A stretch of 61,541 bases of DNA, counting the filler, from Candidatus Babelota bacterium (GTDB lineage Bacteria; JAGOBX01), in assembly GCA_017999075.1 (NCBI GenBank). It is 11 parts of 11 records of this genome, joined end to end, with 100 filler letters (N's around TTAATTAATTAA, not from the genome) between each part and the next. Parts side by side here need not be neighbours in the genome. Positions count along the whole stretch, not along the records: positions 37,473 to 40,248 come from JAGOBX010000550.1; positions 40,349 to 52,971 come from JAGOBX010000052.1; 9 more parts are not named here. The stretch is one strand, 5' to 3'. Under the pieces are notes generated by a model, which was given only the letters and a program-made list of their open reading frames with translations, had not been told where the DNA came from and did not search any database. The position numbers and the translations under genes were made by a program. Every line of letters starts with the position of its first letter. Positions within the stretch are counted from its first letter, which is position 1. Positions 39,376 to 48,313 of this stretch are shown here, piece after piece.

Positions 39376-40248
39376 TTAATTTTTATGTTTAAATTTTATT
39401 ATTTTATTTTTTAGTTTGTCAAAAAAACCAGTTAATTCAAAATCATTCCATAATTTTAATAATTCAGAATATAATAAATTGCGTTTTATTATACGGTCAT
39501 TGAATAAATTTACAGCTCCATTTTGTAATTTGTAGAAATTTCTTGTATTTCCAAAATATTTTAATGTACGCTTTTTTTCTTTTTTTAAAAAAACAGGAAG
39601 TAATCCGATCCATACATCGCAATCATGTATATCGCCTAGAATAGTTTGCATATCTTTTATAGTTTTAATATTTTTGTCAAAAATATTATCAAAATAAAAA
39701 TTGAAAATTTCCATTTGATATCTTAATGTCTTAATTGATTTTCGCAAAATATGAAGGGCATCAGCATTTTCAAAAATAAAAGAGGAATCTAAAATTTTAT
39801 CTGCAGAATAAAATTCAGTGTTAGTATTGTTTGCGGATAAATCATTCTCTGATAAATTTATATTTTTAATAACAGCAGATTTTAAAATAACTTCCTTTAA
39901 TGAATTTAACATTTGTTGCTTTCCTGTTAATGAAGAGGACTGTTCAAATATTTTTTTTGATACTTTAGCGTCTCCTGAATTTTCAATTTTTTTGATTTGA
40001 TTTTTTAAAACTGTCAAATTTAATTTTTTTTGAAAATCATTGATGAAATTGCTTTTTTTAAAATCATTTAATGTTTTATTCAGTTTTATCTGTGATTTAT
40101 TTCTTTTGTGTTTTAGCCGCCACAACATACGGGATAACCCTGGTTTATTTTTTTTATCAGACAATGAAATTGATTCAATATATTTAGTTAAAAATTCAAT
40201 TTGTATATCTATGTCTCGAGCCGGACCTAAAACTTTTGTTATTTTTTT
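39376..40248 (-). CDS. CHAD domain protein, 5' truncated
   Basis: Open to the contig end (LGPARDIDIQ); LHILRKSIKTLRY, QTILGDIHDCDV. Confidence 0.85.
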   Translation of the reverse strand, partial: KKITKVLGPARDIDIQIEFLTKYIESISLSDKKNKPGLSRMLWRLKHKRNKSQIKLNKTLNDFKKSNFINDFQKKLNLTVLKNQIKKIENSGDAKVSKKIFEQSSSLTGKQQMLNSLKEVILKSAVIKNINLSENDLSANNTNTEFYSADKILDSSFIFENADALHILRKSIKTLRYQMEIFNFYFDNIFDKNIKTIKDMQTILGDIHDCDVWIGLLPVFLKKEKKRTLKYFGNTRNFYKLQNGAVNLFNDRIIKRNLLYSELLKLWNDFELTGFFDKLKNKIIKFKHKN

Positions 40249-40348
40249 NNNNNNNNNNNNNNNNNNNNNNNNNNNNNNNNNNNNNNNNNNNNTTAATTAA
40301 TTAANNNNNNNNNNNNNNNNNNNNNNNNNNNNNNNNNNNNNNNNNNNN
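40249..40348. other. Artificial contig linker
   Basis: N44-TTAATTAATTAA-N44. Confidence 0.98.
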
Positions 40349-40642
40349 TTTATTATCTATCAGTCCTGCATATTCATTTTTATTAAGTGATTTTACAATA
40401 TCATTTACTTCTTCATTATATGAAAAAACAGAATATAATTTTTCATTAAATGGAATATTAAGTAAATTACCGCTATTTTTATTTAATTCATTTTTGCTGT
40501 TAAAATAAAAAATATCTGAACCTGATTCTGTAAAAACAGGTTTCAAATCTATATAACTGCATAAAGTTTGAATTGCATATTTTACATTCTCTTTAAAATT
40601 CACGCTTGTATTTGAAATATTAAATTTAATTTCTTTTCCCAT
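40349..40642 (-). CDS. Hypothetical protein of the polysaccharide cluster, 3' truncated
   Basis: Open ORF co-oriented with crcB; family not identifiable from the fragment. Confidence 0.55.
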
Positions 40643-40668
40643 AACTTTTACTCTTATAATACTCCTGA

Positions 40669-41043
40669 TTATTTAATTGTTATTCTGCCTAACTGCATTC
40701 CTATAATCGTAAAAAATAAACAAATTGCATTGTTGAAAATAATATTGAAAAAAAAATATCTGTATAACCCGTCTCTTAACAGATGAATAGTCTCTAATGA
40801 AAAAGTGGAAAACGTTGTAAATCCTCCAAGAAATCCAATAGTTATAAATATCCTTATTTCAAGCGGAATAACTATATTTTGAAAAAATTGAAAAAATAAT
40901 CCTATGAAAAACGAACCTATTAAATTTACTGATAAAGTGCCAAAAGGAAAACTATTATTAGTCATTTGAGTTATTATTGAAGACGTAAAATATCTGCACA
41001 CAGAACCTAATCCGCCTCCAAGGAAAATATATATATAATTCAT
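40669..41043 (-). CDS. crcB: Fluoride channel CrcB/FluC
   Basis: GGGLGSVCRY, FPFGTLSVNLIG, GFLGGFTTFSTF. Confidence 0.95.
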   Translation of the reverse strand: MNYIYIFLGGGLGSVCRYFTSSIITQMTNNSFPFGTLSVNLIGSFFIGLFFQFFQNIVIPLEIRIFITIGFLGGFTTFSTFSLETIHLLRDGLYRYFFFNIIFNNAICLFFTIIGMQLGRITIK

Positions 41044-41073
41044 GCTGCATCCGCCAGTCTACAAAAATTATTG

Positions 41074-42075
41074 TTAAAAAAATTTTCTGTAATATATCTT
41101 ATCTGCAATGTCATACAGAATACCGTAATATCCTTTTATTGATACAGTCTGATACCCGCATAAGTCTCCGCCGAATTTTCTGAAAAACCGTTCCACATGA
41201 CGAAGCATTGAACCTTCAAAATCAAATTGTCTCAATCCGATTTTTTCAGAAGAATATCTTATGGATTCCCACAAAACCATACTTGATCCGCCATGATGTT
41301 TTTTCTCAGATTTATAGCCACCAAGTATATAATATGAACGTTTGGTATCCCATATAATCAGATTGCCTGCTATAGGTTCTCCATCTTTATCCCTGCATAT
41401 AAAAATTCTGCACTGGCCTCTTTTATTCAATTCCTCAAAAATTTTGTATGACAGTTTCCTGAAGTGTTCCATTGAACAATCCTGTCTGTCAAACGTATTT
41501 TCAACCAGAGAAATCAAAAGATTAAAGTCATCACAGTTTTCAACCTTTAACCCGTCTTTAATTCCTTTATTAATATCATTCCTGCACGAACCGCTGTCCA
41601 TATTATTCCATACTTTGTCCAAATCTGTTATATCAAGCACATAACTGAATCTTGTTTTATTATCAAATTTATTCCATATAAAAGGCTGAATGTCATTAAT
41701 CCATGGCGATAATTTTATTTCAATATCGCTATGCTTATCCTTTAATTCTATAATCATATCTTCAAGAATTTCTTTACAATTTGAATAATGAGTCACTTTT
41801 TTCCCTGACTGCGGATAAAAAACAGGACCGCTGTACGGTGTCAAAAGAGGCGTCCCTAAATATGAATATCCGAACCTTCTTTTTATAATGCTTCCGGTAA
41901 ATCCAGCAGACAATATTCCGTTTTTAAAATATCCGTATATCAGTGGCTGATCATGAACATTTTTCAGCCAGTAACTTTTATGAAACAGAGTACCTTCGTC
42001 TGAAGCATCAACTAAACTGTCCCATTTTTCAAACTCCGCATCCGTTAGCAGTCTAATTTCGTATTTTTTGCTCAT
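41074..42075 (-). CDS. GNAT/FemAB-like acyltransferase of polysaccharide clusters
   Basis: WDSLVDASDEGTLFHKSYWL, PLLTPYSG, FDFEGSM...FFRKFGG. Confidence 0.8.
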   Translation of the reverse strand: MSKKYEIRLLTDAEFEKWDSLVDASDEGTLFHKSYWLKNVHDQPLIYGYFKNGILSAGFTGSIIKRRFGYSYLGTPLLTPYSGPVFYPQSGKKVTHYSNCKEILEDMIIELKDKHSDIEIKLSPWINDIQPFIWNKFDNKTRFSYVLDITDLDKVWNNMDSGSCRNDINKGIKDGLKVENCDDFNLLISLVENTFDRQDCSMEHFRKLSYKIFEELNKRGQCRIFICRDKDGEPIAGNLIIWDTKRSYYILGGYKSEKKHHGGSSMVLWESIRYSSEKIGLRQFDFEGSMLRHVERFFRKFGGDLCGYQTVSIKGYYGILYDIADKIYYRKFF

Positions 42076-42089
42076 AAATTAATTAATCC

Positions 42090-42848
42090 TCATTTTTCTG
42101 CATAAACAAATAAATTTGTCGGATAATAATTTTTATTTAACCTTATTTTCGTTAAAAGTAACCCTGATAAATTAATTATTAAGAGTAAAATAATAAGAAA
42201 TGGTGTCAATAAAATTTTTAAAAGAGATTTTATTTTGCTGTTGGCCCAAACATAATGATATAGCGATTTATTTATCATAGTAATTACAGTAACAGCGAAA
42301 TTTCCGCAATAACTGACTTCTATGTTTCTAAAGTTATGTTCTATTAAAATATTTTTAAAAAATACTTCTGTCAATCTTACAAAATCATAATTTTCCGATG
42401 TTAAAGGCGAGATATGCGGAACCACTATCATCAACTTTCCCTTCTTTTTTAATAAATTGCAGCAATTATTTAAAAAACTTTCAGGGTTTTTAAGATACTG
42501 CATCACATAATTACTATATATTATATCTACACTCCCAATTTTTAAAGGAATTTTTTCCAGATTGCAATATACTTCAGCGCACGCTGATATATCATGCATA
42601 TCGCTGCTTATTGCAGGAAGATCAAATCCAAAGTATTTAATATCTGTTCTTTTTCCCAATAACACTTTTTTATATTTTTTTTGACCGCATCCAAAATCAA
42701 CCAAAATTCCAGAATCAAGCTTACTGCCTTTTTCTGAAAGCCACTTAAGCAGAGATTTAGATGAAAAATATGCCGGTTCAAAAATCCTTGGATATAATTT
42801 CCCAAAAAAAAATGACATTAACAATTTATATCCTTCTGAAAAATTCAC
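42090..42848 (-). CDS. Class I SAM-dependent methyltransferase
   Basis: LVDFGCGQKKY, LLKKKGKLMIVVP, YDFVR. Confidence 0.8.
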   Translation of the reverse strand: MNFSEGYKLLMSFFFGKLYPRIFEPAYFSSKSLLKWLSEKGSKLDSGILVDFGCGQKKYKKVLLGKRTDIKYFGFDLPAISSDMHDISACAEVYCNLEKIPLKIGSVDIIYSNYVMQYLKNPESFLNNCCNLLKKKGKLMIVVPHISPLTSENYDFVRLTEVFFKNILIEHNFRNIEVSYCGNFAVTVITMINKSLYHYVWANSKIKSLLKILLTPFLIILLLIINLSGLLLTKIRLNKNYYPTNLFVYAEK

Positions 42849-42904
42849 AACGCATCAAACTCCGATTATCCCTGATGTTTTGAAAACCTCAATAAATCCA
42901 TATA

Positions 42905-44416
42905 TTAAAATTTAAACAAATTTATTTTTAAAATACTATTAATAAAATCTTTTTCTTGTTCATTAAAAACTTTGTTGAAAAAAGAGATTGCAAAATATAA
43001 TAATGACCCTGCAGCTATGTATGCTATCAATAAAAAATTATTGGAAACAGGACAGCATAATGTTAAACAAAACATAATGACTGTCATTATTCCTGAATTT
43101 AAATTGATTTTAATAAAACTTAACCACGGTATTTCAATCATAATATTTTTTTTTAAAAGAATCAACTGCATAGAAATAGTAAAAAAATATGTCAGACCTG
43201 TGGCAATTATCGGTCCTATGATTCCCATTTGTTTTGTCATTATTATTCCTGCAGCCAAATTGAAAAACACAAATATTTTCGAATAAAAACTTATATCCGG
43301 TCTTTCAAGAACTGCAAGCAATGAACATAACGGATTCCAAAAGGAATAAAATAATCCTATTGATATCAGCGCCACGCACATCACAGGAAATGAAGAAATA
43401 TAATCCGGTTTAAAAATCAATATTATTATATCTTTACCGAATAAAAAACCTCCCCATATTATAGGAATAGTAAAAAAAAAATTAAGTTTCAGATAACTGT
43501 TGAAAAAATCCGATAATGTTTTTTGATTTTTTTCTATAGAATATTTTTGAATCATTATTGATTTTATTACCTGATAACATATATTTATCGGAAGCATCTT
43601 AAATATCATTCTTACTGTGCCAACTGCAAACGAATATAATCCGGTTGAAGATGCTCCCAATATATTTGAAACGATCAAAATATCAAAACCCAATCCTACT
43701 ATGCTGTCTCCTATAATATCAGTATAACTGAATATTGCAAACCTTTTAACACGCGATAAAAAATTCGGAGATTCTTTTTCATCTGTAGAAGGAAGTTTTC
43801 TGAACCGTTTTATTATAAAAACATAGTTTAACATCGTCCAGAAAATAGTTGTCCAGAAATAAACCATCATCGTAGAATATAAATCTGCTTTATGCGAATA
43901 AACCAAATATAATCCGCCCAGTTTAACCGTTACATATATTATCTCAACAATATTTTTTATTTTCTGCATAAGCATGGATTCATATAACTCAAATGCGGAA
44001 ATATTTAATATCTGAACCGTCATAAGCAAAAATACAAACGGCATGCAGTTTGCGCCGTTATGCAAATCAAATAAATCCAGATATTTTTCTTTAAAAATAT
44101 AAAGTATTATAACTCCTGTCAGCGAAGCTGCAAATTGAAACATCAATGTATTAATAATAAACTTTTTTAACAGTCTATAAGATTTTAAACTGATAAGTTC
44201 TGAAGAATATCTGTATAACGCGCTATATGTTCCGAATCCAAGAAACATTATACAATACTCGAATGTAGTCAAAAAAGTAGTGTAATTGCCGTATTCTTTT
44301 ACACTGATAGAATTAACTATCAGCCTTAAAGTAAAAAAACCGATTATTGCATTTGTAATAAAACCGATATAATTGTATAAAGTTCCAGATAATAATTTTT
44401 TTTTAAAATCGCTCAT
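42905..44416 (-). CDS. Wzx-type polysaccharide flippase
   Basis: About 12-14 TM helices; EYGNY, GLYSFA; cluster context. Confidence 0.85.
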   Translation of the reverse strand: MSDFKKKLLSGTLYNYIGFITNAIIGFFTLRLIVNSISVKEYGNYTTFLTTFEYCIMFLGFGTYSALYRYSSELISLKSYRLLKKFIINTLMFQFAASLTGVIILYIFKEKYLDLFDLHNGANCMPFVFLLMTVQILNISAFELYESMLMQKIKNIVEIIYVTVKLGGLYLVYSHKADLYSTMMVYFWTTIFWTMLNYVFIIKRFRKLPSTDEKESPNFLSRVKRFAIFSYTDIIGDSIVGLGFDILIVSNILGASSTGLYSFAVGTVRMIFKMLPINICYQVIKSIMIQKYSIEKNQKTLSDFFNSYLKLNFFFTIPIIWGGFLFGKDIIILIFKPDYISSFPVMCVALISIGLFYSFWNPLCSLLAVLERPDISFYSKIFVFFNLAAGIIMTKQMGIIGPIIATGLTYFFTISMQLILLKKNIMIEIPWLSFIKINLNSGIMTVIMFCLTLCCPVSNNFLLIAYIAAGSLLYFAISFFNKVFNEQEKDFINSILKINLFKF

Positions 44417-45162
44417 TATTTTATTTTTCTTAATATTTTATGAAATCCAGATACTTTTATCCTGAATTTTATTATTGAATCATTGGAAATCGATTCTCGC
44501 TCAATCTTGAAACAATCATTATTATTAATTGAAATTTCTTTCCCGTGGCTTACAATGCACGCAGCTTTAAACCCGCATTTCTTTAAAAAATCAATAATAT
44601 TATCCGAGTATATTCCATGTGGATACGAAAAAGTTTTTACTGTTATTTTAAATGTGTCTTCAAAAAATTTTTTTGATTCTATAATTTCTTTTTTAAAAAC
44701 TTCCTCGTTTTCTGAATTTAATTTAATATGATTTACCGTATGCCCGCCAATTTCCATCCCGTATTCAATCATTTCTCTAATTTGATCAGTTTTCATAAAT
44801 CTGTGTTTTTCCGGATATTTGAAATTCCGCCAGGCCGGCAAAGTTTCTAAAGAATCCACATAACCTGATACCACAAAAAAAGTAGCGCAAATATTATTTT
44901 TTTTCAAAAAAGGAAATACAAACTGATAATTATCTTCCCAGCCATCGTCAAATGTCAAACAAATATCTCTTTTATTTAATTTTTTTAATTTATACAATTC
45001 TGAATAATCGCTAAATGTCAAAAAATTAAATTTTTTCTTTATAAGATATTCTATTTGACTTTTAAATATATCTATATTCACGCTTAAAGATTTTATTTCC
45101 GGAATAAATGAATCATAATCATTTACCCTGTGGTACATCAGAACAGTATTGTTAAACCTCAT
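44416..45162 (-). CDS. Polysaccharide deacetylase (NodB/CE4)
   Basis: VLMYHRV, LTFDDG, ATFFV, EIGGHTVNH, FSYPHG. Confidence 0.92.
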   Translation of the reverse strand: MRFNNTVLMYHRVNDYDSFIPEIKSLSVNIDIFKSQIEYLIKKKFNFLTFSDYSELYKLKKLNKRDICLTFDDGWEDNYQFVFPFLKKNNICATFFVVSGYVDSLETLPAWRNFKYPEKHRFMKTDQIREMIEYGMEIGGHTVNHIKLNSENEEVFKKEIIESKKFFEDTFKITVKTFSYPHGIYSDNIIDFLKKCGFKAACIVSHGKEISINNNDCFKIERESISNDSIIKFRIKVSGFHKILRKIK

Positions 45163-45179
45163 AATTTATTGCCTGTATA

Positions 45180-46040
45180 TTATGCTTTCCTCAATATATT
45201 ATTTTCTCTGATATATTGAAACTGGCATGACGCGCATTTAAAACTACTTTCTTTTTTATCCATTCTGCTCTTACAATATGGACAAATTAAATTTTCTTCA
45301 ATAATCTTCCATTCATCTTTTTTATATATTTTATGCCTCAATTTAGAATATTCCCATTTAACCTTATCATTAGCGCGGTTTATAAATGTGTATGTTTTTT
45401 TTAATATTTTTCTTGATAAATTTGAAGATTCCATATATTTAACTTTTGCCGCAATTTCATTAAAAACTTTATTTATATCCCCGCCAAATAATTCATTTTC
45501 ATTATCAGTGATGCAAAAATCAATTTTATCTTTCCAGCAGTATCTTGATATAAGTATGCCGGGAACAAACATATTGGTCATAAATTCGCTGTAATGAAAA
45601 TTAAAATTGAACACTCCTCTGAAATCAACTTGATAGTACCATTTAGAAAAATCTTTTAAGCATATCATGAACCTTTTTTTTTCTTCATCAAACCAGCACA
45701 AAAGTTTATGCTGGTTTGATCCGTATAGAAGTTCGCATATTACAGAAGGAGTTTCTATAATCCCTGCTTTGCTTATACGCTGTAATTCTTTTAAAAAAAT
45801 TTCAGGATTTTCAGTATGTTCCAAAACATGATATGCAAGCGAATAATCAAATGTTTTATCACGAAACGGAATAATATCTGTCGGATGCTCAAGTAACGGC
45901 CTGTCAATGTATAGCGGTTTATTCCCGCGGTGACCATGAAAATCAATATATTTTTCAATAAGAATATCTGAGTAAGTTTTAGGCCCTCCGCCCGGGCCTA
46001 TTTCTATAACTTTATCTGATGGTTTGATTTCAATCGGCAC
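45180..46040 (-). CDS. SAM methyltransferase with a C-terminal Trm112-like zinc ribbon
   Basis: VIEIGPGGGP, IPFRDKTFD, HVLEH, IETP; C-terminal CPYC...CASC. Confidence 0.8.
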   Translation of the reverse strand: MPIEIKPSDKVIEIGPGGGPKTYSDILIEKYIDFHGHRGNKPLYIDRPLLEHPTDIIPFRDKTFDYSLAYHVLEHTENPEIFLKELQRISKAGIIETPSVICELLYGSNQHKLLCWFDEEKKRFMICLKDFSKWYYQVDFRGVFNFNFHYSEFMTNMFVPGILISRYCWKDKIDFCITDNENELFGGDINKVFNEIAAKVKYMESSNLSRKILKKTYTFINRANDKVKWEYSKLRHKIYKKDEWKIIEENLICPYCKSRMDKKESSFKCASCQFQYIRENNILRKA

Positions 46041-46351
46041 TATCTAATCCTCCATAATTATTTTTATATTAAAATCCTGAACTGCTTATTTTATTTATTT
46101 AAAATAATAACTTAATTTTATAGTTTTCTAACATTTTCGGAAAAAATATATATTTCCGTCCACAACAATTTTTTTTAAAATTGTATTTAAACTTATTATA
46201 AATGATTATAATTTTTTAATAACAGCCGAAACATGAAATTAAAACAATTACAATCTCTTGACTTTACTGAATTTTAGCATTCAGGTGTTGGGTTATTTAA
46301 AATTTATCCGGAAAATCAGTTCATTTAAAATAGTATCTCCATTTTTCCGGA

Positions 46352-46939
46352 TCAGTTTATCCCTTCAAAATCTGTTTCAAATATATATTTTATTTTATCA
46401 TTATTTTTCCGGGCCATATGCCCTAATCCTATAACAGGATATTTTATTTTCTTTATTGTTTCTTCATTGTAAGAATATACTGGTATATCAAAAATACTGT
46501 CATTTTCATAATCGTCTACTATGAATATTTTTATTTCCATACCAAGTTCATTTGCTGTTAAATAACTTATTTCAGCCCACTCAGGCGAGGAATATACTGC
46601 TATTTTAAGTATTTTACGGTTTAAAAGTTTCCTGAATTCTTCTTTTAAAATTATACGGGCTCTATGATAATGGCTTATGCTCGCCTCAAGATATTCTTTT
46701 GTCAGCCTTGCTTTTTCTTTAATTCCGTCAGGAGTAAGGAGGTATGCCAGACATTTCCCGTTTATACGTTTAACCTTAACAAATCCTTTCTTAGTCAGCC
46801 TTTTTATAAACAGGTTAACAAGTCCTACTGATACATTAAGTTTTTTAGAAAGTTTCAATTGCGATAATTCAGGATTGTTTTCTATTTCCTGAAATAATTC
46901 TCTTTCATTAACAATTTCTTTTATAACATTCATAATCAT
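46352..46939 (-). CDS. EPS-associated MarR-family winged-helix regulator
   Basis: SQLKLSKKLNVSVGLVNLFIKRLTKKG...YLLTPDGIKEKARLT, followed by a Rossmann-like C-domain. Confidence 0.85.
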   Translation of the reverse strand: MIMNVIKEIVNERELFQEIENNPELSQLKLSKKLNVSVGLVNLFIKRLTKKGFVKVKRINGKCLAYLLTPDGIKEKARLTKEYLEASISHYHRARIILKEEFRKLLNRKILKIAVYSSPEWAEISYLTANELGMEIKIFIVDDYENDSIFDIPVYSYNEETIKKIKYPVIGLGHMARKNNDKIKYIFETDFEGIN

Positions 46940-46966
46940 TCAACTCTTGAACATTCAAATTTTGAA
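46939..46966. promoter_or_regulatory. Tandem palindromic operator (TTCAA-N3-TTGAA, two copies)
   Basis: TTCAActcTTGAA at 46939-46951 and TTCAAattTTGAA at 46954-46966, between the -10 and the start codon of the MarR gene. Confidence 0.65.
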
Positions 46967-46968
46967 CG

Positions 46969-46996
46969 ATTATAGTTATTCTGAAAATTTTGTCAA
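46969..46996 (-). promoter_or_regulatory. Sigma70 promoter of the MarR gene
   Basis: TTGACA-N16-TATAAT on the minus strand. Confidence 0.7.
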
Positions 46997-47172
46997 TAAA
47001 TTTAATATTATTGTTTTTAAAAAAAAATTGTATGGCGAATCATTTTATAAATTCAAAAACAATATGATATTTACTCATTTTTATTACTTTTTTCACTTGA
47101 AATTTGTTCAATTAAAAAACTTATTTTTTTCACTTGTTAATTTAAAAAAAATAAATATTATATTATGCTAAT

Positions 47173-48312
47173 ATGAATTTAATATTACAGAATTTTTTCA
47201 AATGGATTCATCCTGATTTATCAGCTATTGATTCTGAACTTAAGAATCAATTTGAAGAACAGACCATAACCAGTTTGAAATTATTGTCTTTTGTATTATT
47301 TTGCGCCGCAATAGTTTCGTCCATAATTCTTATAACTATTCCAACTTACAAAGTCATAGGGTTTTCAATAAGCAAAAAATTTTTTATTATCTCGCTAACT
47401 TTATTTATAGTTGTTTTCCTCCCATTTAAAAAATCAATTGCCAAATCTGTATTGCTATTGGCAATGTTTTATTTAATTGCAGACAATCTTATTCTTCAAA
47501 TGGTTTTATTTTCTCACAGAAAAACACAACTCGGGTTGTTTATTGCGGCATTGTGTTTTCTTGCATTTACTTTTATGCCTTTCAGGCCTTGGGTTGTATC
47601 TGTTTTCGGAATGTTCGGATTAACTGTAATTGTAACTTCCTGCTATATTCTTAATATACAATTAAACCCTTATCACAATACTCAGGTGCTCTGGCTGATT
47701 CTTCAATTTACCGGATTGTGCATAATAACAATTTTTTTCAGAAGCGCTATATTCAATCTTCAATTAAAAATTTATGATTCTAAAAATAAAATTGAATCAA
47801 TGAGCGAAGATATTGAAGATATAAAAAATATTCTATCCTACTCAGAAGATTTGCATCACGAATATAAATCTTCTTTCAGATACGACTATGTTCAGGAAAA
47901 AACAAATGCTAATCTTGAATTTCCCGTAATAAAAACAATAGCAGCCTTTTTAAACGGAGAAGGAGGAGCTTTGATTTTAGGAGTTGATGATAAAAGAACT
48001 ATTCTTGGATTGGAAAAAGATTATCAAACTCTCAAAAAAAAAGATTCCGATGGGTTCCAATTATCTGTAATACAATCTGTATCAGAAAAAATTTCTGCTG
48101 AAGTTTGCAGAAATATAAGGTTTTCATTCATAAAAGTCGATAATAAAGAAATTTGTATAATCAGAGTCAAGCCGTTCCACAAACCGGTTTATGTTGAACA
48201 GAAAAATGAAACTTTTTTTTATATAAGAACAGGAAATTCAACTCAATCCCTTGACACCAGAACCGCAGTTGAATATATAACTCAACACTGGAATGATAAA
48301 AAAATAAAATAA
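47173..48312 (+). CDS. Multi-TM protein with C-terminal Schlafen/AlbA_2 domain
   Basis: About 6 TM helices, a coiled-coil linker, then EDLHHEYKSSFRYD, KTIAAFLNGEGGALILGVDD, GLEKD, FYIRTGNST. Confidence 0.85.
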   Translation: MNLILQNFFKWIHPDLSAIDSELKNQFEEQTITSLKLLSFVLFCAAIVSSIILITIPTYKVIGFSISKKFFIISLTLFIVVFLPFKKSIAKSVLLLAMFYLIADNLILQMVLFSHRKTQLGLFIAALCFLAFTFMPFRPWVVSVFGMFGLTVIVTSCYILNIQLNPYHNTQVLWLILQFTGLCIITIFFRSAIFNLQLKIYDSKNKIESMSEDIEDIKNILSYSEDLHHEYKSSFRYDYVQEKTNANLEFPVIKTIAAFLNGEGGALILGVDDKRTILGLEKDYQTLKKKDSDGFQLSVIQSVSEKISAEVCRNIRFSFIKVDNKEICIIRVKPFHKPVYVEQKNETFFYIRTGNSTQSLDTRTAVEYITQHWNDKKIK

Positions 48313-48313
48313 A

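Noticed and set aside
41044-41073. Fluoride riboswitch before crcB
   Set aside because: Only 30 bp of intergenic sequence and no motif.
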